IMG/VR virus record: IMGVR_UViG_3300032300_000824
Span: 32,001 to 96,000 of that record
DNA: 64,000 nt
Origin: a virus
Taxonomy: Duplodnaviria > Caudoviricetes
Reading direction: 5' to 3' (one strand)
A model generated the notes under the pieces. That model ran no database searches. It saw nothing but the letters and a program-made list of their open reading frames with translations, and was not told where the DNA came from. Made by a program: the position numbers and the translations under genes. This document shows positions 10,971-20,931 of this stretch, piece after piece (position 1 is the first letter of the stretch; each line of letters starts with the position of its first letter).

Positions 10971-11772
10971 TATCGTCTCCTAGTTCTATAACTCTGTTAG
11001 TTGGAAATTCAGTCTTAATTTTATCTAATTCGGATTGAAGTTTTTCGTAAATTAAAGATGCTCTTGATTTGGAAAAATCTTTGGTTTGTTTTATTCTAAT
11101 TAACAACCAACCTTTTCCTAAGATCAGTCCAGTTTTCTTATTATCATAACGAACATTTCTTTCCAAGGACTTATCACCCCAGACTGGTTCAAAGTGGGAT
11201 GGGCCATCAATCTCAATGGCCGTATTCATTGTAGGAAGAAAGATGTCGATTTGCAACTTTGTTGTTACAAGCATCTGCTCTTTATGGAATTCGGCCCTAT
11301 AACCATCAGCTAGTAGTTTTTCAAAAATGAATTTTTCTAGCTTTGATCCTAATTTACTAGCTTTTCTAACACCCTCATTGGCTTTTTGCAAAATGTTATC
11401 TTTTTCATTTTCGTCTAAAGACTCCCATGCTAATCTGGCTTTTTCTTTTCTAAGATTAACTTCTTCTTCTGATAAACTATCCCAAGCCTTTAAAACCGAC
11501 ATACCTATTTTATTTTTAGTTTCAGCGCCTCTTTCTTTACCTTTAGTCGGATGCTGATGTTTTCCAGTAGACAGGGCATTCTTTTGAGCTTCTGACTTAT
11601 TTCTAATTGCTATCTCAAATTTTTTAGCATCTCTACGAATTTTATTAGCATAAGTATTATACAAAGCTGCTATATCTGAAAAACTTTTGTTCTCTTTTAT
11701 GTATAGTTTTTCTAGAAGAATTTTTTTATTATTGTCGTCAAGGGGCGAGTACGAGTCTTTTGAAGTTTTCAT
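10963..11772 (-). CDS. Free-standing homing-endonuclease-like protein (HTH + NUMOD3 + Vsr/DUF559-like nuclease)
   Basis: KGKERGAETKNKIG is NUMOD3-like. The C-terminal QIDIFLP...IEIDGPSH...D is Vsr-like. Confidence 0.65.
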   Translation of the reverse strand: MKTSKDSYSPLDDNNKKILLEKLYIKENKSFSDIAALYNTYANKIRRDAKKFEIAIRNKSEAQKNALSTGKHQHPTKGKERGAETKNKIGMSVLKAWDSLSEEEVNLRKEKARLAWESLDENEKDNILQKANEGVRKASKLGSKLEKFIFEKLLADGYRAEFHKEQMLVTTKLQIDIFLPTMNTAIEIDGPSHFEPVWGDKSLERNVRYDNKKTGLILGKGWLLIRIKQTKDFSKSRASLIYEKLQSELDKIKTEFPTNRVIELGDDNG

Positions 11773-12211
11773 AATTAAGTTTTTCCATTATTCCTATAGG
11801 TTGTTTATTCCAACAATTATTATATACGTTGTATATATTTGAAGTTTTAGCCACTACATTAATCTTAGTATTTTCTTCGCAAAGATTCCTAAGATCAAAG
11901 TAGTTGATGTTTGGAGTTTGTTCCCAAGGAACATCTGTTAGATAATAGTAAATTTTTTTGAGATTAGGAAAGTTTTTGCAAACATTCAAGGACTGACTGT
12001 CAAAAACCCATAATGTTCCATAAAAAAAACGACATTCTGTAATAGGTATTATGGGTAGTCCAAGTCCGCTATAATTTTTTTGGTTTGTATGAGAAAAGCA
12101 AACATACTGATTTTTGCTGTCTTGGGAGATCAAATCTGAAACGAACGAATAAATATCATTAACGTTTTGACTATCAGGCAAAAGAAAACCCATATCATCA
12201 TGCTGCAACAT
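11738..12211 (-). CDS. Hypothetical protein, possibly a degenerate GT-B N-terminal domain
   Basis: Probable start MLQHDD at 12211 with an AGGA SD. The KKIYYYLTDVPW and INVVAKT segments resemble the N-terminal Rossmann domain of glycosyltransferases. Confidence 0.4.
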   Translation of the reverse strand: MLQHDDMGFLLPDSQNVNDIYSFVSDLISQDSKNQYVCFSHTNQKNYSGLGLPIIPITECRFFYGTLWVFDSQSLNVCKNFPNLKKIYYYLTDVPWEQTPNINYFDLRNLCEENTKINVVAKTSNIYNVYNNCWNKQPIGIMEKLNYENFKRLVLAP

Positions 12212-12833
12212 AGAATTCCTTTTTAATAAAATCATCAATATTTGATAATGCTTCTGAGATGTTTTCAAATGTATCCATTGTGTCTATATCAATATATCTA
12301 GCTCCGCACAAGATTGCTTCATTTTTATACAGAAAGTTTTTACCTATAATTGTTTCATAAGAAGCAAAAATAAATGCTTTTTGATATTCTAATAATGTTC
12401 CTAAGTTATAACTGTTTATTATAGAGGCGTTATTGAACATATGAATATCGCACTGATCCAAACTCAGTCTTTGCAAGATATGTTCTGGAAGTGTTTCTAC
12501 ATTGTCTAATATAATAGCACATTTATTATTTCTGGGCACACTATATGACTTAAACAGGTTTGAATTTACCACATTTAGATAGTTGTAATTATCTACTAGT
12601 AAAAAGTTATTCTCAACCATTTTTTCTTCTATAAAAGCTTTAACTGCTATGTTGTCTAGGTCTTTTTTAGATATACAAATCTTATACGGCTGTATTAGAT
12701 CATAGGCCTTAAAAATTTCTTCCACATTAATAGTATACCAGTCTATACTATCAAAATGATTGTGTGAAGACAGTTTGATATTATCTAATAATCGACTATT
12801 TGTATCAGAAAGAATAATTTTGTTTTTAATCAT
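12198..12833 (-). CDS. Degenerate glycosyltransferase-like protein
   Basis: The C-terminal NEAILCGARYI echoes the GT-B EA..cG.pvi motif. Other motifs are absent. Confidence 0.4.
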   Translation of the reverse strand: MIKNKIILSDTNSRLLDNIKLSSHNHFDSIDWYTINVEEIFKAYDLIQPYKICISKKDLDNIAVKAFIEEKMVENNFLLVDNYNYLNVVNSNLFKSYSVPRNNKCAIILDNVETLPEHILQRLSLDQCDIHMFNNASIINSYNLGTLLEYQKAFIFASYETIIGKNFLYKNEAILCGARYIDIDTMDTFENISEALSNIDDFIKKEFYVAA

Positions 12834-13513
12834 ACGAAAGCTTTAAGTTTTTTAATATCTTTGATATTGTTGACTTTAGTAATTTGAGATTTGGGAATAA
12901 TAATATTTTGAAATAGTATAGATTGATCTAGTAGCTTATTTATTAGCTCAAAGAAAAACAATGTTTTAAGCTCATGAGGTAAAACAATATCTTTTACAAG
13001 ATTTAGGGTTTCTTTATTGAGGTAAATACATTCAGACCAAAGAAACGGAAGATCGTAGAACAAATACTCTGTGCTGTTTATATTATTAGAACCTATATTA
13101 AAATTTGTTTTTTTTCCACGAATATAAAAAATAGAATTATTATTTAGCTCAATACTCTTTTGAAAGTTAAACTTAGTAATTATTCCATTGTTGATAAAAA
13201 TAGCACCACTATTTGAGTTTTTATTGTTGAGATATTCAAAAACTGAAGAAATTTGTCCGTGTGTTTCATAGTTTTTATTCTCTAATATGTGAATATTTTT
13301 CTTACTAATATTTTTAGATAAAGCTATTGTTTTTTTTATTTTTTCTGACTCAAATCCTGTTAATAGATATATGCTATTATTTTTATATATTGATCTAATG
13401 AGCTCTATCTGGTATTCTATTAGTGTTCCATCTCTTAGTGGTACTAAAGACTTAGGTCCAAAAGATTTCATACCTTTGGTAATTTCTGGAATAATAAATA
13501 CTATATCAATCAT
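12830..13513 (-). CDS. Degenerate sugar-nucleotidyltransferase (NTP_transferase/LicC-like)
   Basis: FIIPEITKGMKSFGPKSLV aligns with ILAAGxGxRM..PKxL. LIEYQI, LTGFESEKI and ENKNYE are also retained. The AAG loop and the GD Asp are missing. Confidence 0.6.
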   Translation of the reverse strand: MIDIVFIIPEITKGMKSFGPKSLVPLRDGTLIEYQIELIRSIYKNNSIYLLTGFESEKIKKTIALSKNISKKNIHILENKNYETHGQISSVFEYLNNKNSNSGAIFINNGIITKFNFQKSIELNNNSIFYIRGKKTNFNIGSNNINSTEYLFYDLPFLWSECIYLNKETLNLVKDIVLPHELKTLFFFELINKLLDQSILFQNIIIPKSQITKVNNIKDIKKLKAFV

Positions 13514-14240
13514 TATAAAGCACTAGATTACAATCAGGATTGTTTAGGAAAAACTTATGGCTGTCATAAAAAAGATCCAACTTATCTGATCCTAAAATCT
13601 TATAACTATCGTAGGTCATAAATAAACCATTTAAAGAATTTTTATTATACAGCCTAATTCCGTTGATGTGATTTATTACTACACTTATATGAATTTCATT
13701 AATTAGCTCATTAAGCTGATTGAAAGAATCATTTTCAGAAACATATAAAAAACACCTAGAGTTATGTTTATCTAATATGGTGTCTATGCAAGATATAAGA
13801 GATATTTGTTCATCAAGATGGGGCAATATCTTACTGGCTTTCCATGGTACTGTTACATATTTTTCAAACGCCGCTACCATGTCTCCTTCGATAGTTTTAC
13901 CAAAACAAATAATATTAGCTGGTATAAAATTTAAATTATTAACCGTGTTTATAATTTCTTCAATAGACTTATTGATACTATCAAAATTAACTATCAGAGT
14001 ATAAGATATATGGTTCTTCTTAAGAATAGCTTCTTTTAATTCTTCTTTGGTAAGATTCTCTTTGTTCTTTTGAAAAGTATCTTTTCCAAATGCGTATCCA
14101 CAGTTATAGTTTTCTATAGTATGATTATTCTTATCAAGAACAATATTAGGACTGGATATTATTTCAGGTATGGAGAAATCACACCATGTATCTTCAGAAA
14201 AAAACACACATTTATTACATTCTGTTATTTTTGATATCAT
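13506..14240 (-). CDS. Hypothetical protein with N-terminal Cys cluster, possibly degenerate GT-A
   Basis: CNKC...C...C at the N-terminus. Coupled to both neighbours. Confidence 0.4.
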   Translation of the reverse strand: MISKITECNKCVFFSEDTWCDFSIPEIISSPNIVLDKNNHTIENYNCGYAFGKDTFQKNKENLTKEELKEAILKKNHISYTLIVNFDSINKSIEEIINTVNNLNFIPANIICFGKTIEGDMVAAFEKYVTVPWKASKILPHLDEQISLISCIDTILDKHNSRCFLYVSENDSFNQLNELINEIHISVVINHINGIRLYNKNSLNGLFMTYDSYKILGSDKLDLFYDSHKFFLNNPDCNLVLYND

Positions 14241-14623
14241 TAATAGTTTATTTTTTTAAGAGTAAGAATAGTTTCAAAATTATCCTCTATTAGCTTATAC
14301 AAGACTATATTTGGTTCTAGCGAAATTAGAAAATTTACCAACTCCATAGGGTCTGTGTAGTGTTCAACTTTCTTTAAAAGAGAGAGTCCTAGTTCAGTAT
14401 CTATATTGTTTTTACACAACTGGTCTAGAATTTTGTTGCAGTTGGTGGTCGAAATAACCAGTTCTCCATTAATTCTAATTTTTTTTAACACAGATAGTAT
14501 AGAACGAGTTTTATTTTCTGGTCTAATCTTATCAATACTACTGAGAGTAATAGCTAATTGAGAAAAATCTGCTACATTATTTAGCTCTTTTAGATCGTTC
14601 GAGTCTATATGCAAAACCTTCAT
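14240..14623 (-). CDS. Truncated/degenerate class I methyltransferase-like protein
   Basis: ILSVLKKIRINGELVIST resembles the L..LKPGG.lvi motif. There is no GxGxG SAM loop. Confidence 0.4.
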   Translation of the reverse strand: MKVLHIDSNDLKELNNVADFSQLAITLSSIDKIRPENKTRSILSVLKKIRINGELVISTTNCNKILDQLCKNNIDTELGLSLLKKVEHYTDPMELVNFLISLEPNIVLYKLIEDNFETILTLKKINY

Positions 14624-15360
14624 ATTTCTATAGCCTTCATAATTTGTTTTGAAAAGGAAGCAAAATCATAATTAGGAGTAAGTTTTTGAGTACTGTCCCA
14701 AATAATTTGTTTATTTTTGATCAAATCTCTTGTTGATAAGACTTGACATCCTACAGAAGAAGCAACAATACCGTCGATATAATTAGAAAATATTACCAAT
14801 CTATATGATGATAAATAATCTAATAAATTATCATAGTTTTCATATAACATAAAGTCAACCAAAGAGTCTGTTTTATATGACCGATTTAGACTATCTGTAA
14901 GCTCGCTAAAGATTGAGTTATTGGTGGTATTAATAAAACAAATTTTATCTTGTTGATCAACTTCTTTTTTCTTAATTTTAGGAATACTGATACTCAGAGT
15001 CTTATCAAAAATTTTACTATTATTTTGCTCTAAGTTAATCACATTGATATTTTTAAGTCTTTCTTTAATTAATAGAATATCTTCTTTTTTCATAGTAGAG
15101 ATATCCTTATGCAGAAAAAGAGTAGGCTTGCTTATTCCGTTTTGCAAGCATGAGTTTAAAAGATTATTGTCATGGATTAGTAGCTCATGGTCGTTTAAAA
15201 TAATGTTTTTTACAGTAAAGAAGTTGGATTGATAGCTATTGAATTGTATTATCTGATCTCCCATAATTTTTTCTATAAGTAGATCAAATGAAGAATTACT
15301 GCTAATATAGTGGATAAGAGAATTACGATTATTATATATTCTGTTATAGATATGATTCAT
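14620..15360 (-). CDS. Degenerate GT-B glycosyltransferase-like protein
   Basis: YLSSYRLVIF...VASSVGCQVL resembles the GT4 C-terminal motif, without the conserved Glu. Confidence 0.4.
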   Translation of the reverse strand: MNHIYNRIYNNRNSLIHYISSNSSFDLLIEKIMGDQIIQFNSYQSNFFTVKNIILNDHELLIHDNNLLNSCLQNGISKPTLFLHKDISTMKKEDILLIKERLKNINVINLEQNNSKIFDKTLSISIPKIKKKEVDQQDKICFINTTNNSIFSELTDSLNRSYKTDSLVDFMLYENYDNLLDYLSSYRLVIFSNYIDGIVASSVGCQVLSTRDLIKNKQIIWDSTQKLTPNYDFASFSKQIMKAIEI

Positions 15361-16235
15361 ATTAACTTTTCAATACCCGTATTTTTATTGGGAATAATAC
15401 CGTAAATATTCTCAGTTGTTTTAGTTTGTTGAAATTTATTGTATAATTCGTGGTGATCAAACTGAGGAGAAAAATTTTTAAATTTACTATTCTGGGTCAT
15501 ACGATAAGAAGAAGATATTAATTCTATATTGTATGAGTCATCTAGATTATGTTGTCCAATTATTCTTCTATTTTTTAGTAGACAATAATAGTATTCTAAA
15601 TCAGAAATATAAATAGAATTAATTTGCAACAAGCAATCAACAGTATTAATAACTGACATTCTATAATTATTATCTATTTTTTCAGTAATAGTAAAAAGAA
15701 TCTTACTACGGGATGGTAATATTCCAATATTTTTTTGTAGCTTATCTATCATATTTATTATCTCATCTTTTTTTTCTGATTCTATAGATAAGAATAAAAT
15801 AGTATTCTCTATGTGTTTTGTAGCTTCATAAAATATACAGATAGTGTCTTGGATAACAGAAAGATCTTCGTCTGCATTTAAAATAGCTCCAAACTTATAG
15901 TAGCTATTAAGAAGATGGTTAATTTTTATAGCATTATTATGTGGAGTAAGTGTGAGGTTGATTTTTTGAACAGGGACATTGTACTGAGTCAATATTTTTT
16001 TATGAAAATCATTAGTTACACAAATATGAGAGACTAGGTTATATCCCATAGGAATATCTAGTTTAGCAAAATGGGGCACTCTGGGGATGGATATGTTTTT
16101 ATCAAAATACCTAGAGGTATAGACATTATCAAATTCATTAAACTGAATAAGTGTTGGCTTACTTGGGATTAGTTCTTCGACTTTTTCATGCAGGGGAGAG
16201 TAGTATTGTTGTATCAGTACTAAATTATTATTCAT
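15357..16235 (-). CDS. Degenerate GT4-like protein
   Basis: Architecture parallels the GT4 at 48589 (ICVTNDFHKKIL, YKFGAI, DCLLQI, RRIIG) but lacks the RK and EG..lE motifs. Confidence 0.5.
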   Translation of the reverse strand: MNNNLVLIQQYYSPLHEKVEELIPSKPTLIQFNEFDNVYTSRYFDKNISIPRVPHFAKLDIPMGYNLVSHICVTNDFHKKILTQYNVPVQKINLTLTPHNNAIKINHLLNSYYKFGAILNADEDLSVIQDTICIFYEATKHIENTILFLSIESEKKDEIINMIDKLQKNIGILPSRSKILFTITEKIDNNYRMSVINTVDCLLQINSIYISDLEYYYCLLKNRRIIGQHNLDDSYNIELISSSYRMTQNSKFKNFSPQFDHHELYNKFQQTKTTENIYGIIPNKNTGIEKLI

Positions 16236-17916
16236 GTTTAGGATCTTTTAGTTTTGAATATTCTATGAAGTCTTCGGTTATGGTTTCGTTTCTGTTCAAA
16301 AAACTTATTACCGTATTATTATTTCCTATAATGGTATTGAAGTAATCTACGGCATTTTTCCAATCATATGGTGTTATTTTTTGATTTTCCATTTGAAAAC
16401 CATTTTTGAGTTTTTGTAAAATATTTAGTATAAAATATGAGTCAATACTATATGTATCATTTAGATATTCTGAACATATTTGTGATAGCTTTGTAAGATC
16501 AGAACCGGGAGAACTTATAATGTCTTGTAAATTCAAGAGTGGCTTCAAAGGTTTTTTCTTAAACATATCATATTTATCTAATGGACTTTTATTTTTTTCT
16601 TCTAAGATATACTCTAGTCTATGTTCCCATTTTTTAATAATGTTGTCCCAATTAAAATGTTCAATACATAAATTTCTTGTTTTTATTCTTTTTTGAAACC
16701 TCATAGGATATGGAATCCTAATGAACTTACTTAATATTTCGACTAGACTATTATTATCTGGATAAGCTCTATATGCTTGCGTTTCTAATTCCTTAAATAA
16801 AGTAGCTATATTTACTGGATATGCTTCTATTTTATTAACTATGTCCTCCATTGCACTATATGGAATAGTTACTATTGGTACTCCACAAGCAGCAGCTTCA
16901 ACTTGAGGCATCCCAAATCCTTCACAGATAGAGTACTGAACATAGATATCAAAAGCATTAAAGATGGATATCATTTGGTCTTGAGTAACTCCATCAGTAA
17001 CTGTTGGAAATGCTGCTTCTCCTTTACAATGAACACAACTTCTATGAGAACCAGAATATACATCAGAAAATATTTTACCACAATTTTTACACAAGTAGGT
17101 AAAAAGTGTTCTGTTCAACATCCTGTTTTCTTTTAGTATCGACGGAATATCCCATCCTAAATAATCTGGATATCCAGTATGAAGATATAGAAAAACTTTT
17201 TCTGCTAATCCAGACGACTCAGACTCTAACTTATCTATTAGCAGTCTTGTTGATTTGATTAGTTCTGGAATCAATTTTCTTTTTTGGTTTCTCATTACAG
17301 AACCGATAATGATATTATCTGAACCTATTTTTAGACTAGATCTAACTTGATTAGATTCTAATATCCTATATTTTGTTGTATCTATACCTGGGGAAGCAGT
17401 ATCAATGTAGTTGATCTGTCTAGAAGTTTGAGACTGTAAAACATCTCTAGCCCAATCAGAATATGTAAAAACAGAATCTGCACCAGAGTATGTGTCCAAC
17501 CATTGTTCTTGTTGAGGATATGAATCAACAGTTGGCATTATCATCCAGTGATAACACTGTCTCATAGGAGAATATGCTTGATACGAATTCATCCAATAAT
17601 CTCTAATGTCAATAACAACGTCTGGTCGAAAATCTAAAAGAGTTTTTTCAAAACGCCATTTCCCAAATTGATTATCTAGATTTAAGGAATATTCACTGAA
17701 TCTGGGATCGTTGTTTCTTACTGCGTTAGCATAGTATCTCCAGGAAGTTTCTGTGTCTCTGGTGTCATTTACAAAACCATAACAAGCTAATTCAGCAACA
17801 TGGAACCGTGGGTTTTTACTGAGTCTACCTAGAAGTTCTTTACCGTATACTGCGTAACCGGTACTTAAAAAGCTTGCTTCATTACAGACTAAAATTTTAA
17901 GTTTCTTATCTTGCAT
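16228..17916 (-). CDS. GT4 glycosyltransferase with CxxC...CxxC insertion
   Basis: STGY, RNQKRK and EGFGMPQVEAAACGVP motifs, plus a CKNC...CVHC insertion. Start likely at MQDKK (17916), because the upstream ATG lies in a terminator hairpin. Confidence 0.85.
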   Translation of the reverse strand: MQDKKLKILVCNEASFLSTGYAVYGKELLGRLSKNPRFHVAELACYGFVNDTRDTETSWRYYANAVRNNDPRFSEYSLNLDNQFGKWRFEKTLLDFRPDVVIDIRDYWMNSYQAYSPMRQCYHWMIMPTVDSYPQQEQWLDTYSGADSVFTYSDWARDVLQSQTSRQINYIDTASPGIDTTKYRILESNQVRSSLKIGSDNIIIGSVMRNQKRKLIPELIKSTRLLIDKLESESSGLAEKVFLYLHTGYPDYLGWDIPSILKENRMLNRTLFTYLCKNCGKIFSDVYSGSHRSCVHCKGEAAFPTVTDGVTQDQMISIFNAFDIYVQYSICEGFGMPQVEAAACGVPIVTIPYSAMEDIVNKIEAYPVNIATLFKELETQAYRAYPDNNSLVEILSKFIRIPYPMRFQKRIKTRNLCIEHFNWDNIIKKWEHRLEYILEEKNKSPLDKYDMFKKKPLKPLLNLQDIISSPGSDLTKLSQICSEYLNDTYSIDSYFILNILQKLKNGFQMENQKITPYDWKNAVDYFNTIIGNNNTVISFLNRNETITEDFIEYSKLKDPKHE

Positions 17917-17928
17917 ATTTTTGATATG

Positions 17929-17954
17929 AAAAAGGGCTATGATAAACATAGCCC
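17929..17954 (-). terminator. Intrinsic terminator downstream of ssb
   Basis: GGGCTATG-TTTAT-CATAGCCC 8-bp stem followed by TTTTT on the - strand. Confidence 0.75.
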
Positions 17955-17988
17955 CTCTTCAACCCCACTTCCATTTATATAGTTTTGT

Positions 17989-18360
17989 TTAGAATGCTAC
18001 GGGTTCTTCAGTAGCTTCAGTCTTCTTAGATGAAAGCTTAGTGATCTTTGAAAAATTATTAACGCGAATTTTCAAAGACGAATGCTTAACACCATCCTTC
18101 TCCCAAGAGTCGTTCCTAATAGACCCTTCTACCAAAACTAGATCGCCCTTGTTAAAAGACTTTCCAATTATTTCAGCACCAGTATCCCATGCCTCACAAG
18201 GAATAAAAGATGTGATCTTATCCTTTGTTCCATTTGCCTTAGTGTACTCTCTTGAGGTAGCAACTGTAAAATTTACAACAGAAGTATCCTTGCCTCCGGT
18301 ACTAATTGACCTTAGCTCTGGATCTCTAACTAGATTGCCTCTAACAATAACAATATTCAT
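17989..18360 (-). CDS. ssb: Single-stranded DNA-binding protein
   Basis: GNLVRDPELR, FIPCEAW and KGDLVLVEGSI motifs, with the acidic tail EEPVAF. Confidence 0.95.
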   Translation of the reverse strand: MNIVIVRGNLVRDPELRSISTGGKDTSVVNFTVATSREYTKANGTKDKITSFIPCEAWDTGAEIIGKSFNKGDLVLVEGSIRNDSWEKDGVKHSSLKIRVNNFSKITKLSSKKTEATEEPVAF

Positions 18361-18408
18361 TTCAAAATCTCCTTAAAATTTAAAAAACCAAAACCAACGA
18401 ACTACAGT

Positions 18409-18437
18409 ATTATACGACGAGGGCGAGAATGCGTCAA
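18409..18437 (-). promoter_or_regulatory. sigma70-type promoter upstream of ssb
   Basis: TTGACG (18437-18432), a 17-nt spacer, then TATAAT (18414-18409). Confidence 0.8.
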
Positions 18438-20050
18438 GTCATGGGTATATAACATTTCTCTACGACGAGATCACTCTTTTTAAACGACTTAGTACCTTGG
18501 AAAATCAGAATATTTCCTTCAAATAATTGATTTCTATATAGGGCAAGTTGCTCTGTAAAAAATATTACTGAGTCTATGTGACCGGTTCCATCAGCTATGC
18601 TAACAAACGCCATCTCGCTACCCTTGTTTTTACCATTCTTAATTTTGATTACATTAACATTATCTATCTCTCCTGCAATAATAATAGTTTTTCTCTGAGA
18701 ATCCTTAAATTCTTTACACGTAGTATTGGTCATACTAACATCATAAGAATCAACTTTAGAGTAAGTTAAATTAATACCTAATAAATTGCTTTCGTTATCG
18801 CATATCCACTCAATTTTATCTTCTAACGAATAGGGTGGCTTTATAAGAGACATAGATAATGATTGTATAACATTTCTGCGATTTTGTGTTATTCTAGGTT
18901 TCTTAAGCAAAATATTAGCTAGTTGCAATACATTAAAATCTTTTATTCCTATAGAGATTAAATATTCTAATTCTTTGGATGTTAATTGACTAACTATTTC
19001 ATATTCAAATAACATCTCTGTCCTGCCTTTTGATAGATAATTCAACGCTCCAGAACAAATCAATGCTTTGGCTGCTGTTGAGTTTATGTTTACCAAAAGA
19101 TATAATAATATCTCTGTCCAGTTTAAATTTTGCACATCTAGGTGCTGTGATATCTCTACTATTTTTTTATAGACAGATTCTCCAACACCCTTAATGTCTG
19201 TAAGACCAAAATAGATCTTATTATTTTTGATAACAAAAAACTGATTTAATAATCTGTAGTCAGGAACACAGATATCAATATCCATCTCTGTTGCATTTTT
19301 AACCAATTCTTTAATTTCTTGCTGTGGATCTATCTTATCTTTTGCATACTTAAGATATGCTGCAAAAAATATCTTTGGAAAATGTGACTTACTGTATGCT
19401 GAAAGATATCCATTAATAGCATAACTTACGGCATGTGATTTGTTGAATGAGTATCTCTGAGATTTTTCAATCCAACTGAAAATTTGTTCAGCTTCATTTT
19501 CTGAGACAAGAGCAACTTTTTTACAACCTTCTATGAAGATCTTTTTAAGTTTAGCCATCTCTTCTGGTTTCTTCTTTCCAATAGCTTTTCTTAATTTATC
19601 AGCTTCCTGTAAATCGAAACCGGCAATTTTTTGAGCTATTTCCATAGCCTGTTCTTGATAAACCATCTCTCCAAAGGTAGTTTTAAGTATGGGTTCAAGG
19701 GCAGAATTAAAATAGTCTATAGACTCCTGGCCATTTTTCTTATCTATAAAGTGATTGCTAACAGTTTTACCGTCTCTAATAGCTTCCAAACATCCTGGCC
19801 TCATGATACTAATAAGAGCAGAAAGTTCTTCTATATTAGAAGGCTTCAGCTTTTTAGCCATGCTTTGTCCAAGACGAGACTCAAGCTGAAAACATCCTTT
19901 GGTATTTCCAGACGAAAGCATTTCCCAAGTTCTAGAACAGTCCAAATTGATATTGCTCATATCAATAGAAAAATCTATTTTGGGTATGTCCCCAGTAGAC
20001 TGTCCGATTACTGGGAATCTACAGCCGCAATCAAATGTATAATATTCCAT
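18434..20050 (-). CDS. dnaE: DNA polymerase III alpha, C-terminal half (fingers, HhH, OB)
   Basis: GCFQLES, RPG, VYQEQ, ADKLRKAIGKK, YSFNKSHA, FGLTDIKGVG and the OB-fold MAFVSIAD motifs. Confidence 0.92.
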   Translation of the reverse strand: MEYYTFDCGCRFPVIGQSTGDIPKIDFSIDMSNINLDCSRTWEMLSSGNTKGCFQLESRLGQSMAKKLKPSNIEELSALISIMRPGCLEAIRDGKTVSNHFIDKKNGQESIDYFNSALEPILKTTFGEMVYQEQAMEIAQKIAGFDLQEADKLRKAIGKKKPEEMAKLKKIFIEGCKKVALVSENEAEQIFSWIEKSQRYSFNKSHAVSYAINGYLSAYSKSHFPKIFFAAYLKYAKDKIDPQQEIKELVKNATEMDIDICVPDYRLLNQFFVIKNNKIYFGLTDIKGVGESVYKKIVEISQHLDVQNLNWTEILLYLLVNINSTAAKALICSGALNYLSKGRTEMLFEYEIVSQLTSKELEYLISIGIKDFNVLQLANILLKKPRITQNRRNVIQSLSMSLIKPPYSLEDKIEWICDNESNLLGINLTYSKVDSYDVSMTNTTCKEFKDSQRKTIIIAGEIDNVNVIKIKNGKNKGSEMAFVSIADGTGHIDSVIFFTEQLALYRNQLFEGNILIFQGTKSFKKSDLVVEKCYIPMT

Positions 20051-20051
20051 T

Positions 20052-20753
20052 TTAAGATGATATGGTATTGAATGAATCCTTAAACTTTACTTTTGCCCCA
20101 AGTTTCCTGTGCAGCTTTAGAAATCTAATCATGATTTCTGCTGAGTCTTTAACATCTTTTAGTGCATCATGAGCACCCTCTTTAGAAATACCTAAATAGT
20201 CTCTAAGATTATCGAGAGAATAACTCTTTAGGTCTTTTGATGCTTCAAACCAATAAAAAATTAGATTCATAACGTCAATAACATCTCTCGGATAAAATAA
20301 TGAAGAATTACCTTCTTTATTTACGTTTTTATACTTCACACTTAGTTTTTGCATAATGGGAAGATCGAATCTATTGATGTTATATCCTGCTGCAATTGGT
20401 GCTGTGAAGCAAGATTTTCTATCTGATCTAATATGGTACATCTCTAGATATGACGTAAACATCTTCCATCCTGCTTCTTGCTTTGGATAAGATTTCCAAG
20501 ATTCGAGGATGTCGTCTTTTGCACACCCTCGGACCTTGGCATGGAAATCTAATACATCAGAATCTTCGTATGCATAACTTGCATCTTGATCTAAAGCAGC
20601 TGGCTTGAGATTAATATTGAATTCTGAATCAGAAATAATCTCTAGCTTAACTGGATCAACCATAATAGCGGCTATCTGAACTGGACTGCAAACATTAGGA
20701 TCTTTACCATCTGTCTCTAAATCGAAAACACAAATTTTTTGATTATTAGCCAT
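20052..20753 (-). CDS. DEDDh 3'-5' exonuclease (DnaQ/epsilon-like)
   Basis: ExoI FDLET, ExoII YNINRFD and ExoIII HDALKD are all intact. Confidence 0.9.
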   Translation of the reverse strand: MANNQKICVFDLETDGKDPNVCSPVQIAAIMVDPVKLEIISDSEFNINLKPAALDQDASYAYEDSDVLDFHAKVRGCAKDDILESWKSYPKQEAGWKMFTSYLEMYHIRSDRKSCFTAPIAAGYNINRFDLPIMQKLSVKYKNVNKEGNSSLFYPRDVIDVMNLIFYWFEASKDLKSYSLDNLRDYLGISKEGAHDALKDVKDSAEIMIRFLKLHRKLGAKVKFKDSFNTISS

Positions 20754-20931
20754 TTGTAATTACCGAGGTGCCAGGAGCAAAAAAAGTTCTACCAACCGCG
20801 TTGGCAACATCTTCTGCATTATGAGATTTACAACAACTAACCTTAACATTATCTATTTTTCTATAAGTTATGTCTGAGCCAGGAACTTTAAATTCTTGAC
20901 CAACATTCAATTCAGAAAATAGCTTATTCAT
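20746..20931 (-). CDS. Small hypothetical protein (about 61 aa) inside the split-dnaE operon
   Basis: GGAGGT SD before the ATG at 20931. Overlaps the dnaE-N stop and the exonuclease start. Contains SCCKSHN. Confidence 0.7.
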   Translation of the reverse strand: MNKLFSELNVGQEFKVPGSDITYRKIDNVKVSCCKSHNAEDVANAVGRTFFAPGTSVITNG

